Shown here: positions 42,582 through 53,810 of the stretch, one piece after another | Position numbering within the stretch: the stretch's first letter is position 1 | How the letters are laid out: the number at the start of each line of letters is the position of its first letter | Virus record (IMG/VR): IMGVR_UViG_3300006133_000325 | Length of the DNA: 64,000 nucleotides | Strand: one strand, 5' to 3' | From: a virus | Lineage: Duplodnaviria > Caudoviricetes | Program-made: the position numbers and the translations under genes | Notes under the pieces: model-generated | What the model saw: only the letters and a program-made list of their open reading frames with translations | Database searches by the model: none | Told to the model about the DNA's origin: nothing

Positions 42582-43091
42582 ATGGATACAATAACAGAAT
42601 TAACAAAACTAGACTTTTCTTTTCTCTTTCTTTCCATCTTTGTTGTACTTATCGGAGTCAAAGCAATTGTTTCCATTTTTGAGTGGTTCATAGATAAATT
42701 GGGATTAGAAACAAAATGGATGAGAAAAAAAAGAGAAGATCACGAATTACTTTTAACCACTTCTAAAAATTTAATTATGTTAGAAGAACATCACAAAAAG
42801 GATATGGAAAAATCAGACAGGCTTGATAGTGAAATGCGTAATGACATAAAAAAATTAACCAATATGTTTATTGATAAAGAAATCGACGATATGCGCTGGG
42901 AAATTAACAATTTCGCTACTAAAGTAGCAGAAGGAAAGCCTTGCAATAAAGATAGCTTCTCACACTGTATACGCAGTTATGAACGTTATGAGAAACTATT
43001 AGAGGAAAACGGACTGGAAAACGGAGAAGTAGAGTTATCTATGGAGATTATCAATGAAGAATATAAACGGAAACTGAAAGAAGGATTTTAA
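42582..43091 (+). CDS. Membrane protein, holin-like
   Basis: N-terminal TM then coiled coil; next to holin. Confidence 0.55.
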   Translation: MDTITELTKLDFSFLFLSIFVVLIGVKAIVSIFEWFIDKLGLETKWMRKKREDHELLLTTSKNLIMLEEHHKKDMEKSDRLDSEMRNDIKKLTNMFIDKEIDDMRWEINNFATKVAEGKPCNKDSFSHCIRSYERYEKLLEENGLENGEVELSMEIINEEYKRKLKEGF

Positions 43092-43637
43092 ATTAGTAAA
43101 TCAATTGGAAAAACATTTGAGACAAATTGGAAAGCAAGTTGTCCCGAATGGCTATTTGTATATAGACCACCAGATGCTGCACAGTCTTTTCATATGACAG
43201 GGTATTTACGATTTAGCCAAAAAAGTCCTTGTGATTATATGATGTTTTACGGAGAAGCCGGACTGTTTTTTACATTGGAATTAAAGACATTCCTGGATTC
43301 CTGCTCTTTTGAAAGAATGGAAACCGACAATGGTATTATCCACTCCTATCAAATAGAGTCATTAAAAAAATTTCATACTTATCCAAATGTAATAAGTGGT
43401 TTTATCCTGGATTTCAGAAAATCAGATACCACTTATTTTTTATCCATTGTAGATTTTTGTAATATGATTAAAGGTATTACCAAAAAGAGTTTTACCGAAA
43501 AAGATATGCTGAACTATTGCAAACCGATAAAAATAGAAAAAAAGAAGTTAAGGGTGAACTACCGATATAACATCGAAAAATTTTTGCAGGAAGTAAAAGA
43601 GCAACAGCAGATTGCAAAACCTGCAATATCTACATAG
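43092..43637 (+). CDS. RecU-like Holliday junction resolvase
   Basis: GKTFE..SPCDY..LELK..QIESL; frame extends to ATT 43092. Confidence 0.75.
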   Translation: MSKSIGKTFETNWKASCPEWLFVYRPPDAAQSFHMTGYLRFSQKSPCDYMMFYGEAGLFFTLELKTFLDSCSFERMETDNGIIHSYQIESLKKFHTYPNVISGFILDFRKSDTTYFLSIVDFCNMIKGITKKSFTEKDMLNYCKPIKIEKKKLRVNYRYNIEKFLQEVKEQQQIAKPAIST

Positions 43638-43653
43638 CCCAATGGAGGATTTT

Positions 43654-43995
43654 ATGCTTAAAAAGATGAAAGAATATTTAGAATATAGAAAAAATAAAAG
43701 AATTGCAAAACGGGAGCTTGTAAAAGCTGCAGCAACCGTTCTGCCTGTCGTGAGAACTTTTTCAGAGAAGAAAGCAGAAAGCTTACGCTTTTTCTTTCGG
43801 CTTTTAGACAGTACAAAACAAATCGGAAGCGATACTCTTATGATAGAAGTATTGAATATTTTAGCGGATAAATTAGCGACTGACGAGTCGCGTTTATTAG
43901 AAATTCTTCAATATATGGCTTCTCTGTCAAGTGAAGATATTCAAAAAATTCTAGGGCATTCCATAATTAAAACTATGCCAGAAGAAATAAAATGA
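43654..43995 (+). CDS. Hypothetical protein
   Basis: GGAGG RBS before MLKKMKEY. Confidence 0.5.
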   Translation: MLKKMKEYLEYRKNKRIAKRELVKAAATVLPVVRTFSEKKAESLRFFFRLLDSTKQIGSDTLMIEVLNILADKLATDESRLLEILQYMASLSSEDIQKILGHSIIKTMPEEIK

Positions 43996-44317
43996 CAGTT
44001 TCATTTTACTAAAACAATGAGTCGATTTAACTTTTACTTAAAACTATCGCACAAATAAATAAAATCACTTTAATTTGGAGCGTAATATTTTATACTTTTA
44101 TACAGAAAATAACTTCAATATATGTTAAATATATTTTAGCTACAATATTACTTCTTGATCTTGTCTTGTTCAAAACACAACTTATTTTCGAGAATTTTTT
44201 AAAATCTTATTGAAATTATTAAGGAAAATCTTGCTATTCGTACCAAAATAATGTATAATTTATAATAACTATGATAATTTCTATCGTAAAACTAAATACA
44301 TATATGGAGAAATATAT

Positions 44318-45316
44318 ATGATGAAAATAAATAGTTTTTATAAATATATTAGTGAATATGTTAGCAATGAAAGCAAGTCGTACAAGGAAGACTTACGCGC
44401 CAATTTGCTTCACTTTTTAAATTTTTTTCCACATTTTCCAGATATAGAACTTATTACTGATTTATCCAGAGAAAATTATGAGCGAAAAAACTGTGCTGCT
44501 ACCCTTGTATTTTTACCTTTTCAAGTTGAGGTGGGAAATAATTTAGCATCTTTTTCATTCTCAAATAAAGAAATTTGCTTTTCTAATGAGAATATACGCT
44601 TAATCAGAAAAATTTTGGAATCATTGGATAACCATCATTTTCTCCTTCTTGAATTTGACTCAAAAGAAAGCAAATATTTTATCAGATTTATATGCAAAAA
44701 ATCAAATATAAATCAATTAACCTTTGATTACTACTATATTGATATAACTGGATATTTAAAATGGAAAGCCCACTGTAAGAATTTTAGATTGCTTGGCTAT
44801 AACGAGGGAAAATTTTGTGATTTTGTCGATAATAATACTTTTTTGAAAACATTGATTTCCTCTGCGCTTTCTAAATTTCAAGAAAGCTTTTCTAAGAGTA
44901 ACAAAGAAAGTAAACAGAAGTTGAAAAAAATCCTTACCCTTATTCTCAAACAAGAACATGGAACATCTTTTATAGTTTTTAGTTCAGAACAAAATGCTAA
45001 AGACGAGACAGAGCGGTTATGTAATGCAGGACGCGGTTTTAAATCAGAAAATTTGCTATCATATAACGAATTACTCCAGTGTATTCCACAGTTTACAAAA
45101 GTTGATGGAGGGCTTATTCTTGATAAGAACTTTAACTGTTACGCATATGGAGTTATATATGATGGGTATGTGGATAATTCTTATTCTGGTTCATTAGAAC
45201 GGGGATCGCGTTATAATTCCACTAAGCTATATGTCCACACTCTAAACAATAAACATTTTACTTGTGTTGGATTTGTTTTTTCTGATGATGGCGGAATAGA
45301 GTATGTGGATGAATAA
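44318..45316 (+). CDS. DisA_N/DAC-like domain protein with N-terminal extension
   Basis: HGTSFIV..VDGGLIL..GVIYDG..RGSRYNS..VFSDDG resembles DAC DGA and RHR motifs; own promoter. Confidence 0.7.
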   Translation: MMKINSFYKYISEYVSNESKSYKEDLRANLLHFLNFFPHFPDIELITDLSRENYERKNCAATLVFLPFQVEVGNNLASFSFSNKEICFSNENIRLIRKILESLDNHHFLLLEFDSKESKYFIRFICKKSNINQLTFDYYYIDITGYLKWKAHCKNFRLLGYNEGKFCDFVDNNTFLKTLISSALSKFQESFSKSNKESKQKLKKILTLILKQEHGTSFIVFSSEQNAKDETERLCNAGRGFKSENLLSYNELLQCIPQFTKVDGGLILDKNFNCYAYGVIYDGYVDNSYSGSLERGSRYNSTKLYVHTLNNKHFTCVGFVFSDDGGIEYVDE

Positions 45317-45448
45317 AACTAAAATAGTCAAATTGACCAAATTTTGTTTTTAATTTTATATTTTTTGGCAAATATTCACAGTTGACTTTTTATGAAAACC
45401 ATGATAAAATAAGAGATACTATGAATCTCTAACAAAGGAGAATTTTAA

Positions 45449-45610
45449 ATGTTACAGCCAAAATTAATTTCATCTAAACCTAAATTAGATATTCCAGTTA
45501 GTTATTTAACTGAAACAGAAACAAAACAAAAATCATGCTTTATTGACAATAATAGAGTTGATACCGTAAAAACTGCCAAAATTATTGCGGACAAAAAACA
45601 AAAAGATTGA
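45449..45610 (+). CDS. Small protein (53 aa)
   Basis: TTGACT..TAAAAT promoter, AAGGAG RBS, MLQPKLISSKPKLD..; hairpin 45612-45650 follows. Confidence 0.5.
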   Translation: MLQPKLISSKPKLDIPVSYLTETETKQKSCFIDNNRVDTVKTAKIIADKKQKD

Positions 45611-45680
45611 ATTTTAAGCCAAGCACACAAACAAGTGTCTTGGCTTAAAAATTAAAACTGATTTTATAGAGGTAGCAAAA

Positions 45681-48206
45681 ATGAAGAATTTTCTGTTAAT
45701 ATTACTAGGAAAAGGAACAAATGATTCTATTAAACGGCATACTGAAGGACTGTTCAAATCAGAATGCTACTATGATTGGATTAAATTAAAAATAATCAGT
45801 AGTTCCAAGAGTCACCCATTTAAAAATGCCGAATCTCAACTTATTGCAAGTTACAAAGAAGAAATAAAGTTAAGGCAAGAAACACTTACTGATGGGATAC
45901 ATATACAGCAAGGTATTATTGCCTTACCCGTTGATGATGAAAACGATAATGTTTATTATAATTTTTTACAAGAACTTGTTAAAACAAGCATCATTTTTAT
46001 TTCTTTTATAAATATCCCATCATGGTCACAAAACAATCCTATAATTTCAAATAGAAATCCAGATCAAATTCAGAATTTAAATGAATTGATAAAGAAAAAT
46101 ATAAGTAGCAATATAGATAAATCAATTATGAGGTTATTTTACACTTTTGACCACAACGATTTAGTATTGATTTGTAATGGAAAAAATATGGAACTAAAAA
46201 ACTATCTGGAAACACTTGAGAAAATACGTTTTAGCCATTTAACAAATGGATATTTTGCCATACATGATATTACTACTATTTATGGATATAAAAATGTTCA
46301 TAATGAAGATTTAGACAAAATAGACAACATTAGTGTTGTTGTTAGTGTTAGTGGAAAAAACATTTCTCCTAGTAATATTCAAAGTTCATTCAGACTGGAA
46401 ACTATTGGAAGATACGATCACTTATCTGGATATAAAAATATTACATGGAAACAGATTTCCGAGTTAAGCAAAGAACTCCATGGGAAAGATGTTATTGCCT
46501 CGCGAGTACATATTGGTTATGAATTACCTGATAATTTGGTAGAAGAAAAAAATAAATTATATCTTTCTAACACAATATCATCGCCTTTATATTCTATATT
46601 TAAAGAAAAATATAAAAAAGAAATTGCTTCTTTAGATTTTAGTAAATTAGTTGAAATTTATGGTAACGATAAAGAGTACGTTGATTCATTAAAACTAATG
46701 TTGAGCGAAATTGGATTTGCTATAAACATAACATTACAAAGGGGATTCTCAAAATACAACAGTGTATGTTATATAGAGCCATACTTCTCTTTTATAAGAT
46801 ATATAAAAGAGAAAATAATTGAGAAATTTATTAATGAATCAGAAAAAAATCCATATTTAAAAGATACTATTGCCAAAGATTTGGCCGAATCGTTAGTGGA
46901 TATTTCTAATTCTTTCTATAAAAGTATTTTAACACTAGATTCAAGTATTATGCACAGTGAGCGTAGATTCATTATGTCAGACCCCCATCAATTAACGCTT
47001 TTTGATATCCCACCAAAACTAATTGCATATTATACTTCTATTGCTAGTGAAATGACAACGCTATTAAACAAAGACTCGAATAACACTTATGTATTTCTTA
47101 TTACCCCTGATATTAAAAAAGATATATATGTTGAGTCAATTACTCGTAATAGAGATATAGATAATGAAATAAATATACTTGTCATACATATAAATGAAAG
47201 AAGTATTTATAATGTTGCGTATACCACTAAAATCCTTGCTCATGAAATCGCTCACCATGTTGGGCAAAATAGTGACCTTAGAAAAGAAAGAGCAAATTAT
47301 TTCATAAAGTGCTATATAGCATTATTATTAAGAAGAGGACTTGATCCAGATTTATTTTTGAATTTTAACAAGGTTGAAGAAGCAACGAATTTTATTGGAG
47401 ATCTTGTCACAAAACTTTTTGCCCTTGTAGAGAAGTCTGATTTCACCGAAAATCAAAATAACTACTTCTATATGGATGAATTAGAGAAAGAATTTCATTC
47501 ATTTATAATAAAAAATTTAAGAGAATATAATGATATAGATCTCGATATATATAAAATATTTTCAAATTGTTTTGATGATAATATCACTACCAAATATATT
47601 CGCAATTCTAAAAGATTTTTTGCGAGTGAATTTGACTTACCAAGTGATGCTATTTTAAAAAATTATGTATGGAGACAGATACTTAATTCCGTATATACTA
47701 ATCTCCAAGAATATTTTGATAATTCTGAACAAATAAATGAAGATCGAAAGGGTATTCGATTTATACTTCAAGAAGGATATGCTGACATCCAAATGATATT
47801 GCTTACTGAAAATCAAAATTTACAAGTTGAGAAAATAACAAATAATTATTCGCAGCTTTTTAAAGGTTTAGAGGGAAAATCTGATGAAATGATTCGCATA
47901 TCAGCAGTTATCAATGCTTTCTGGGAAAAAGAAAAGAGGGATTATAGTAGTATTGCAGATTTACCTTTGATTTGTAATGATTCCCTTCTTGAGCGAGCTT
48001 ATTATACATATATTTGCAAACAGGCTTCTCTATACTTTACAATAGTCAAAGAAGATCACAATAACATGACAACATTATCAAATCATGATGAACTATATGA
48101 TTATTCTAAAACTTCTTTATTTATGTCTAATGATATAAATAAAATTATACAAGAGGTAGACAATACCATAGCATCTTATGTTAAAAATATTTTAATGAAA
48201 AATTAA
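45681..48206 (+). CDS. Large hypothetical protein with HExxH motif
   Basis: 841 aa; LAHEIAHHVG and downstream EGYAD. Confidence 0.6.
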   Translation: MKNFLLILLGKGTNDSIKRHTEGLFKSECYYDWIKLKIISSSKSHPFKNAESQLIASYKEEIKLRQETLTDGIHIQQGIIALPVDDENDNVYYNFLQELVKTSIIFISFINIPSWSQNNPIISNRNPDQIQNLNELIKKNISSNIDKSIMRLFYTFDHNDLVLICNGKNMELKNYLETLEKIRFSHLTNGYFAIHDITTIYGYKNVHNEDLDKIDNISVVVSVSGKNISPSNIQSSFRLETIGRYDHLSGYKNITWKQISELSKELHGKDVIASRVHIGYELPDNLVEEKNKLYLSNTISSPLYSIFKEKYKKEIASLDFSKLVEIYGNDKEYVDSLKLMLSEIGFAINITLQRGFSKYNSVCYIEPYFSFIRYIKEKIIEKFINESEKNPYLKDTIAKDLAESLVDISNSFYKSILTLDSSIMHSERRFIMSDPHQLTLFDIPPKLIAYYTSIASEMTTLLNKDSNNTYVFLITPDIKKDIYVESITRNRDIDNEINILVIHINERSIYNVAYTTKILAHEIAHHVGQNSDLRKERANYFIKCYIALLLRRGLDPDLFLNFNKVEEATNFIGDLVTKLFALVEKSDFTENQNNYFYMDELEKEFHSFIIKNLREYNDIDLDIYKIFSNCFDDNITTKYIRNSKRFFASEFDLPSDAILKNYVWRQILNSVYTNLQEYFDNSEQINEDRKGIRFILQEGYADIQMILLTENQNLQVEKITNNYSQLFKGLEGKSDEMIRISAVINAFWEKEKRDYSSIADLPLICNDSLLERAYYTYICKQASLYFTIVKEDHNNMTTLSNHDELYDYSKTSLFMSNDINKIIQEVDNTIASYVKNILMKN

Positions 48207-48265
48207 AAGGATATAGATTTTCTTGCTACTTTATTTTATATAGATTGATACATTAAACAGTAATA

Positions 48266-48323
48266 TAGAACAATAAAACACTGGCTGAAAATAAAATAGT
48301 TCAGCCAGTGTTTTATTGTTCTA
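48266..48323. terminator. Long perfect inverted repeat, bidirectional terminator
   Basis: tagaacaataaaacactggctgaa / ttcagccagtgttttattgttcta. Confidence 0.75.
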
Positions 48324-48369
48324 TGCTACGAAAATTATTTTTAACATTTGAAAGGAGACAAACAATTGC

Positions 48370-48858
48370 CCATTAGATAAACTATTAAAAACAATCAAAA
48401 TCAGAAATCTAAGATACCCTGGTACGAATTTAACTTATGAACAAATTCTGAAAACGGAATTACATAGATTCAAAAATATTCTACAGTCTCATATTAACTC
48501 CTACTACTCTTCTTACCAACCCCATATTTATGAACGTGGGAAACACGGCGGCGATTTGCGAAAGTCGATTAAAGTAGATGAGATATGCAAATTATCCGCT
48601 AAAGACAAACTAATTACTTGCAGGGTATTGATCAACGAAAATGCAATACATGATTCTGTTGTGGCTGGAAAAAAAGCAAATGCCTTTTGGTTAATCAACG
48701 ACGGCTGGAAGGTAAAAAAGGCAGTTCCGTTTAAAGGGATTTACAGATTCGGCTATTATGAAGGCGCGCATTTCGTAGAAGATGCCATAGCGGAATTTCA
48801 AAAAACAAATCCTTATGGAATCAAAATAGAAGTGATACGTCCTTTACTGTATTATTGA
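48370..48858 (+). CDS. Phage protein upstream of tape measure; start unclear
   Basis: Frame open from ~48352; the TTG after AAAGGAG is one base out of frame. Confidence 0.5.
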   Translation, partial: PLDKLLKTIKIRNLRYPGTNLTYEQILKTELHRFKNILQSHINSYYSSYQPHIYERGKHGGDLRKSIKVDEICKLSAKDKLITCRVLINENAIHDSVVAGKKANAFWLINDGWKVKKAVPFKGIYRFGYYEGAHFVEDAIAEFQKTNPYGIKIEVIRPLLYY

Positions 48859-48919
48859 TACTCTTTAACGCTGGCTATTGTCAGTTTTTTTATGCAAAAA
48901 ATAAGGATGGTGATTATGT

Positions 48920-51433
48920 TTGGCAAGAAACGTTGACGGTGAAATTATTATCGGCATAGACCAGCCAAAATCCAACGCTGTGATAGAATCTGATTTAAAA
49001 TCCATTTTATCACAAATTAAAGATCTGGAAGCAAAAATCAACCAAGCGACATTAAGCAATGAGGCTATTACCTCTCTGCAAAAGCAAATTGAAGATTTAC
49101 AAACTTCTATCGAAATCTCAAATATCCATTTTAATACCAGCCAAGCTGCAAAAGCTGCACAAACTACTGGTGCCGAGATCGGACGGCAAATGTCTGATGG
49201 GATTAGTTCTGCGATTCAAAAAGGAGATTTTGAAAAAGAATTCTCTTTTAACAAAGGTGATAAAAATAAAGTCGCTAAAGTTGCAGAACAATACTTCCAA
49301 AAGATTACCGATGGCGCTGTATCTGTTCGTGAGCAGATGGATAAACTTGACAAAGCAACCGCATTGAATGGTTTTACAGTAGGTATTAAACACGCCAGCG
49401 GCGAAGTAGAGGAATTACAATATGTCCTCAAAAAAGTGTCCGAAGATGGGAAGGAAATTTTTCAATACACTGGTGGAAATATTAATGATTCTAATGTAGA
49501 AAAGCAAGCACAGAAAGTTCAAAATTCTATTGCTAAAATTGAGAGTGACATAGCGAATTTTGAAAATAATAACAGAAATATCTTATCCGGATTAAGTTCT
49601 CCATTAGAAGATTTTTATTTAAACTTAGAAAAACTAAGAAATAGAACTGGTAGCATTGATGAAGTTAAAAATTCATTTAAGAGACTAGAAACAGAAGCTT
49701 CCAATATCATGTCCAATCTAGATAATCAATTTAATAAAGTTGATACAGCGGTCAGAAATATTGAGAAAGGTCAAGACACCATTGCAGGGCTACGCGCCGA
49801 ATTCAAAGGGCTTACCAATACTCCCAAAGATATTGAATCTGAATTAAATAGGTTGTCCACTTCCCTTTCTAAGATTAAGGAAATTGAACAAACAGAAGGA
49901 CGGACAAAAAACTGGACGGTAGCCTATAAAGAATGGGAAGAACAGTTAAAATCTATCACGGAACGATTAAGAGTCCTAAAAAAAGAACAGAAAAATGCTG
50001 CTTCTACTCAGATATACCATACTGATGATTTAAAGAAGAACAACGTTCTTTACATGCAAAAGGTATTTAATACCATTGAAAAACAGATAGAGGAAATCCA
50101 ACATCTATCCAATGGACAAGGTTGGCAAAATTTCAAAGTTACCGGATTTGAAGAAGCCGATGGGCTAATTAAAAAGCTTACCCTTACTGTAACAGACGCA
50201 GAAGGTGCTATGAAAAGGCTAAATTTCCAAAGAGAGAAATTACAAGGTAGGGGTAAAGCCCAAAATGGACTTATACAGGTGGGCGATGTCCAAATTATAA
50301 AAACTGCTGCAGAAACATGTAAGGAGCTTGCACAGGAAGCACAGAAAGTCCGCTCTTCTATGGATGGTACTGGGAAAACCGATTACAATCTCCAGCTTGC
50401 AAAGATTGAAAAAGATTATCGTAATTTAGGTTTTACCCAAGAAGAAGTTAGCCAAAAAACAGAAAAACTTTCTACAGCACATAATGAATTGCGGCGGGTT
50501 ATAGACAGCACAGATTTCTCTACTGAGGTTGAGAAAAACAAAGCAATTGTCGCAGCAGATAAAGAACGTATAAAGGCACTGAACCAAGTCAGTAATGCTT
50601 ATAAGACTTTACGTCAAGATTCTGACAAATTTTATAATGAGAAAAAACAGATCAATCTCACAAACAGAATTCAAAAATGGCTTGAAACAAATACAAATGC
50701 TTCGGATAATGCCAGACAAGCTATTCAGGAATACTATAAGGAATTAAGTAGCGACCGCGTTTCTGTAGATAGACTCGATTATATTGAAAAATCTCTAAAA
50801 CGTATTAACACAGCACAGCACGGGCTTGGTAAAATAAGCAGTTTTGCAAAGCAATGGGGAAAAGAGGCAATATCACAACTAACTTCTATTGGAAGTTCTG
50901 CTCTTTCCTTTATGGAAATAGTAAACACTGCCAAAAAAGGGATTGCAACAATTACAGAATTAGATACTTCCTTGGTAGATCTAAGAAAAACCACTTCTAT
51001 GAACAGAGATGAATTAGAGGCATTTTACTATTCTTCTAATGACGTTGCAAAACAAATGGGTGTTTCTACAAAAGAAATTATTGATCAGGCTTCCTCTTGG
51101 AGCAGGCTTGGTTATTCTACTTCTGAAGCAGCTACACAAATGGCGAAAATTGCCTCTCAATTTAAACTAATCTCCCCTGGTATGTCATCTGACGAAGCAA
51201 CCTCTGGGCTTGTTAGTATCATGAAGGCTTATGATATAGATGTAGAAAATGTATTAGATGGCATTATGTCAAAAGTAAATGTTATTGGTAATAAATTTGC
51301 GCTTTCAAATGCTGATATTATCGCCATGCTACAGGATTCTGTTTCTGCAATGAAGGAAGCAAACAATTCATTGGAAGAAACAATTGCTTTAGAAACAGCA
51401 GCTTATGAAATCGCACAAGATAGAAGTGTCGGT
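48920..51433 (+). CDS. Tail tape measure protein, exon 1
   Basis: Long helical protein; ELDTSLVDLRKT..WSRLGYS..GNKFALS TMP core; ends ..DRSVG at the splice site. Confidence 0.9.
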
Positions 51434-51613
51434 AAATTATATCCATTGCCGACTAGCATAGTAATATGTTATTAATAAAAGTAGCTATATCGGTTAAAAT
51501 CCAGAGATGGACAAGACCGAGGAAAGACTAATTTTAGATTTTTTATGAAAAAGTATGGATTTATCTTCGATTGTAGTGTATAATATTGGCATTACAACTG
51601 AAGGGGTGAATTT

Positions 51614-52042
51614 GTGGAACTAGATGTAAGTCTATTTAATGAAACTATCAAAGTTCAATCTATTGGACGTTTCAGTCCAAAAGTGATCGAATTTATATTA
51701 AGTAAAAAAACAAGTTTTACTAATAGAATATCCTCAGATAATGATATCTTGTTTTGGGCTGCACGTGTAAAACATACAGAACGCCATCGAAAAGATTTTG
51801 CTAGTGATGACGAATTTGAACAATGTTTAAAAGAAATACCTTTGATTATTCAAAACCCTGATTATATTAGTATACACCCTACCGATGAGAGTATTTCTTT
51901 TATTAAAAAATATACGAAACATGTATCTGTTGCCATTAAGATATCTATTGATGGAAAAATGGTGTATAGAACGATGTATCCTTTGCGTGAAGAACAATTA
52001 AATGAATATATAGCAAATGGACGGGCTTGGAAATATACTTGA
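51614..52042 (+). CDS. Intron-encoded PBECR-type nuclease-fold protein
   Basis: KHTERH..LKEIPLIIQNPDYI..VAIKI..RTMY; no LAGLIDADG, GIY-YIG or HNH motif; lies in the P6 loop. Confidence 0.7.
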   Translation: MELDVSLFNETIKVQSIGRFSPKVIEFILSKKTSFTNRISSDNDILFWAARVKHTERHRKDFASDDEFEQCLKEIPLIIQNPDYISIHPTDESISFIKKYTKHVSVAIKISIDGKMVYRTMYPLREEQLNEYIANGRAWKYT

Positions 52043-52074
52043 CAAATTCCTTCTTATGTTGTAATATAATTATA

Positions 52075-52200
52075 GATGAAAGACATATACTATGAAAGAG
52101 AAGATGTAAATAAGGACGGAACAGGCAGCCGTCACTCCACTTTTGTGGACTTAAAGAGATACTGGAGTGCCACCCAGTTATTTACATTCTTCTCTTTTTT
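52075..52200 (+). ncRNA. Putative sRNA downstream of the PBECR gene
   Basis: TTGACA(52039)-17-TAATAT promoter; closing stem aagagaagatgtaaataa/ttatttacattcttctctt; inner stems; U tail. Confidence 0.55.
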
Positions 52201-52477
52201 TATTGTTTTTTATATCGAAGCAACGAAAATGTCTATAATAAAAATATTTTTTGCAAAATTCTTTATTAAATCTAATATTAGAATCCGTAGAGACTGTAAT
52301 ACTACATATGGTAACATTTGTGGTTCCGCTACTCTCCTATTTTTATAGGATGAAGATCCAGTCCGAACTTACAATATAATTGAAATATAAAATGTAAGAA
52401 CATGCCAGAAATGACATGTCGCCATATTACAAATATGGTCAGTACCTATTTGCTAGGGAAAGTAACAGATTTTTTTG

Positions 52478-53029
52478 AATGGATTTAAAACAGTTGCTCT
52501 AAGACTAAGAGGACTTAATGAAGAAACAGAAGAAGTTGACGAATCTCTAAAAACTATTAAAGGAGATTTGTATGAACTTACTGGTGTTTCTATTATGGCA
52601 GATGAAAACACTTATAAAAGTACATACCAAATTTTAAAAGAGATGAGTGAAGTTTGGGGTGTTCTTACAGATAAAACAAAAGCAGAAGCTTTAGAGCTAA
52701 TGTTTGGAAAGCTTCGTGCAAATATTGGAGCTTCTGTATTAAAAAATTTCTCTGCTGCAGAAAAAGCTATGAATGATATGGCGAACAGTGCTGGTAGTGC
52801 CGATGCCGAAATGTCTATCGCCATGGATTCTATTGAATATAAAATAAATTCCTTAAAAGAAACTGGAACAGGTATTGCTCAGAATATTTTCAATAGAGAT
52901 GATATGAAATCAGTAATTGATATCTTTGGAAGTTTTGCAAATGCAATTGATACAATTACTGACAAACTTGGATTTTTCGGTACTATTGGTGCAGGTATCG
53001 GTACTTTTACTATATTAAAGAACTTAGGT
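52478..53029 (+). CDS. Tail tape measure protein, exon 2
   Basis: NGFKTVALRLRG..KSTYQILKE..SAGSA..KNLG TMP sequence with no RBS of its own. Confidence 0.9.
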
Positions 53030-53516
53030 AGGGGAAAAAGGTATCCCCTTATATCGAATATGCCTATTATAGTATTGTTCCCTGTCTAAATGACAGGTCT
53101 TATATATTATCCTTTGTGAAATACACAATTGAATTCGCAGATATGGTATCCCTCTACATTATGGATGCACCCTTTAGCAATTAAGGGGCTTGAAGGTACG
53201 TAAACCCATTACTACTCTTCTACTATGGCGACATAGTAGAATTGTGACAATGTAATGGCTCGTACTACGAGCAGATGACAGCGTACAATATGTACAAAAA
53301 CCTTATTAAAGGTGAAATCTCATTTCTATGAGTGCTAATCTCAACGACTACCAGGGCGAGTGGTATCCGGTGAAACTCCTGATACTGCAAGGAATAGTCT
53401 AGACTTTGCCGAATGTAACGGTTAGTAATTGCTGTTAGGAACTCATCTCCTACGTTTACAGTTTGTGGAACCCTTGTTGTCAGGGTGGATGAGATGACAA
53501 CTAAATTATATTATAA

Positions 53517-53810
53517 GTGACGTATTCCCCCCTACTTTAAAAAGTGGGGCTTTCTGCTCAATAGCCCTAATGGACTAAGTATCAACGAGCTAACCCCGTC
53601 CGCCCGACGCTTTCACGGATGATGTTTGATTCGTACCTTGGATATTTTATGCACAGAAGGACGCTTGGTTTTCGCATATTGGTTTTCTCTGTGCAACCTG
53701 CTATATCCCAGTTGTCAATGTACGAATCATTATGCTTGGTATAACAGAAATTTTGGAGAAATGAAAGAGGAACACAATTATCCCTAACCTTAGAGGTCGG
53801 AGTCTTCTTG
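53517..53810 (-). mobile_element. Non-autonomous IS200/IS605 derivative retaining a TnpB omegaRNA-like right end
   Basis: Minus strand: left end CAAGAAGACTCCGACCTCTAAGGTTAGGG; right end CGTCGGGCGGACGGGGTTAGC..AAGCCCCACTT..GTCAC. Confidence 0.7.

Larger units (their letters stand above)
51434..52477 (+). ncRNA. Group I intron 1 (1044 nt) in tape measure gene
   Basis: P1 GTCGGT/GCCGAC with U.G; P10 TCCATT/AATGGA; P3 AGTAGC/GCTACT; P7 G(A)GACTG/CAGTCC; terminal G52477; splicing gives in-frame SVG-NGFKT. Confidence 0.93.

Noticed and set aside
52076-52348. 90-aa ORF in the track
   Set aside because: No RBS; overlaps the sRNA stem, U tract and intron P6/P7/P3 elements
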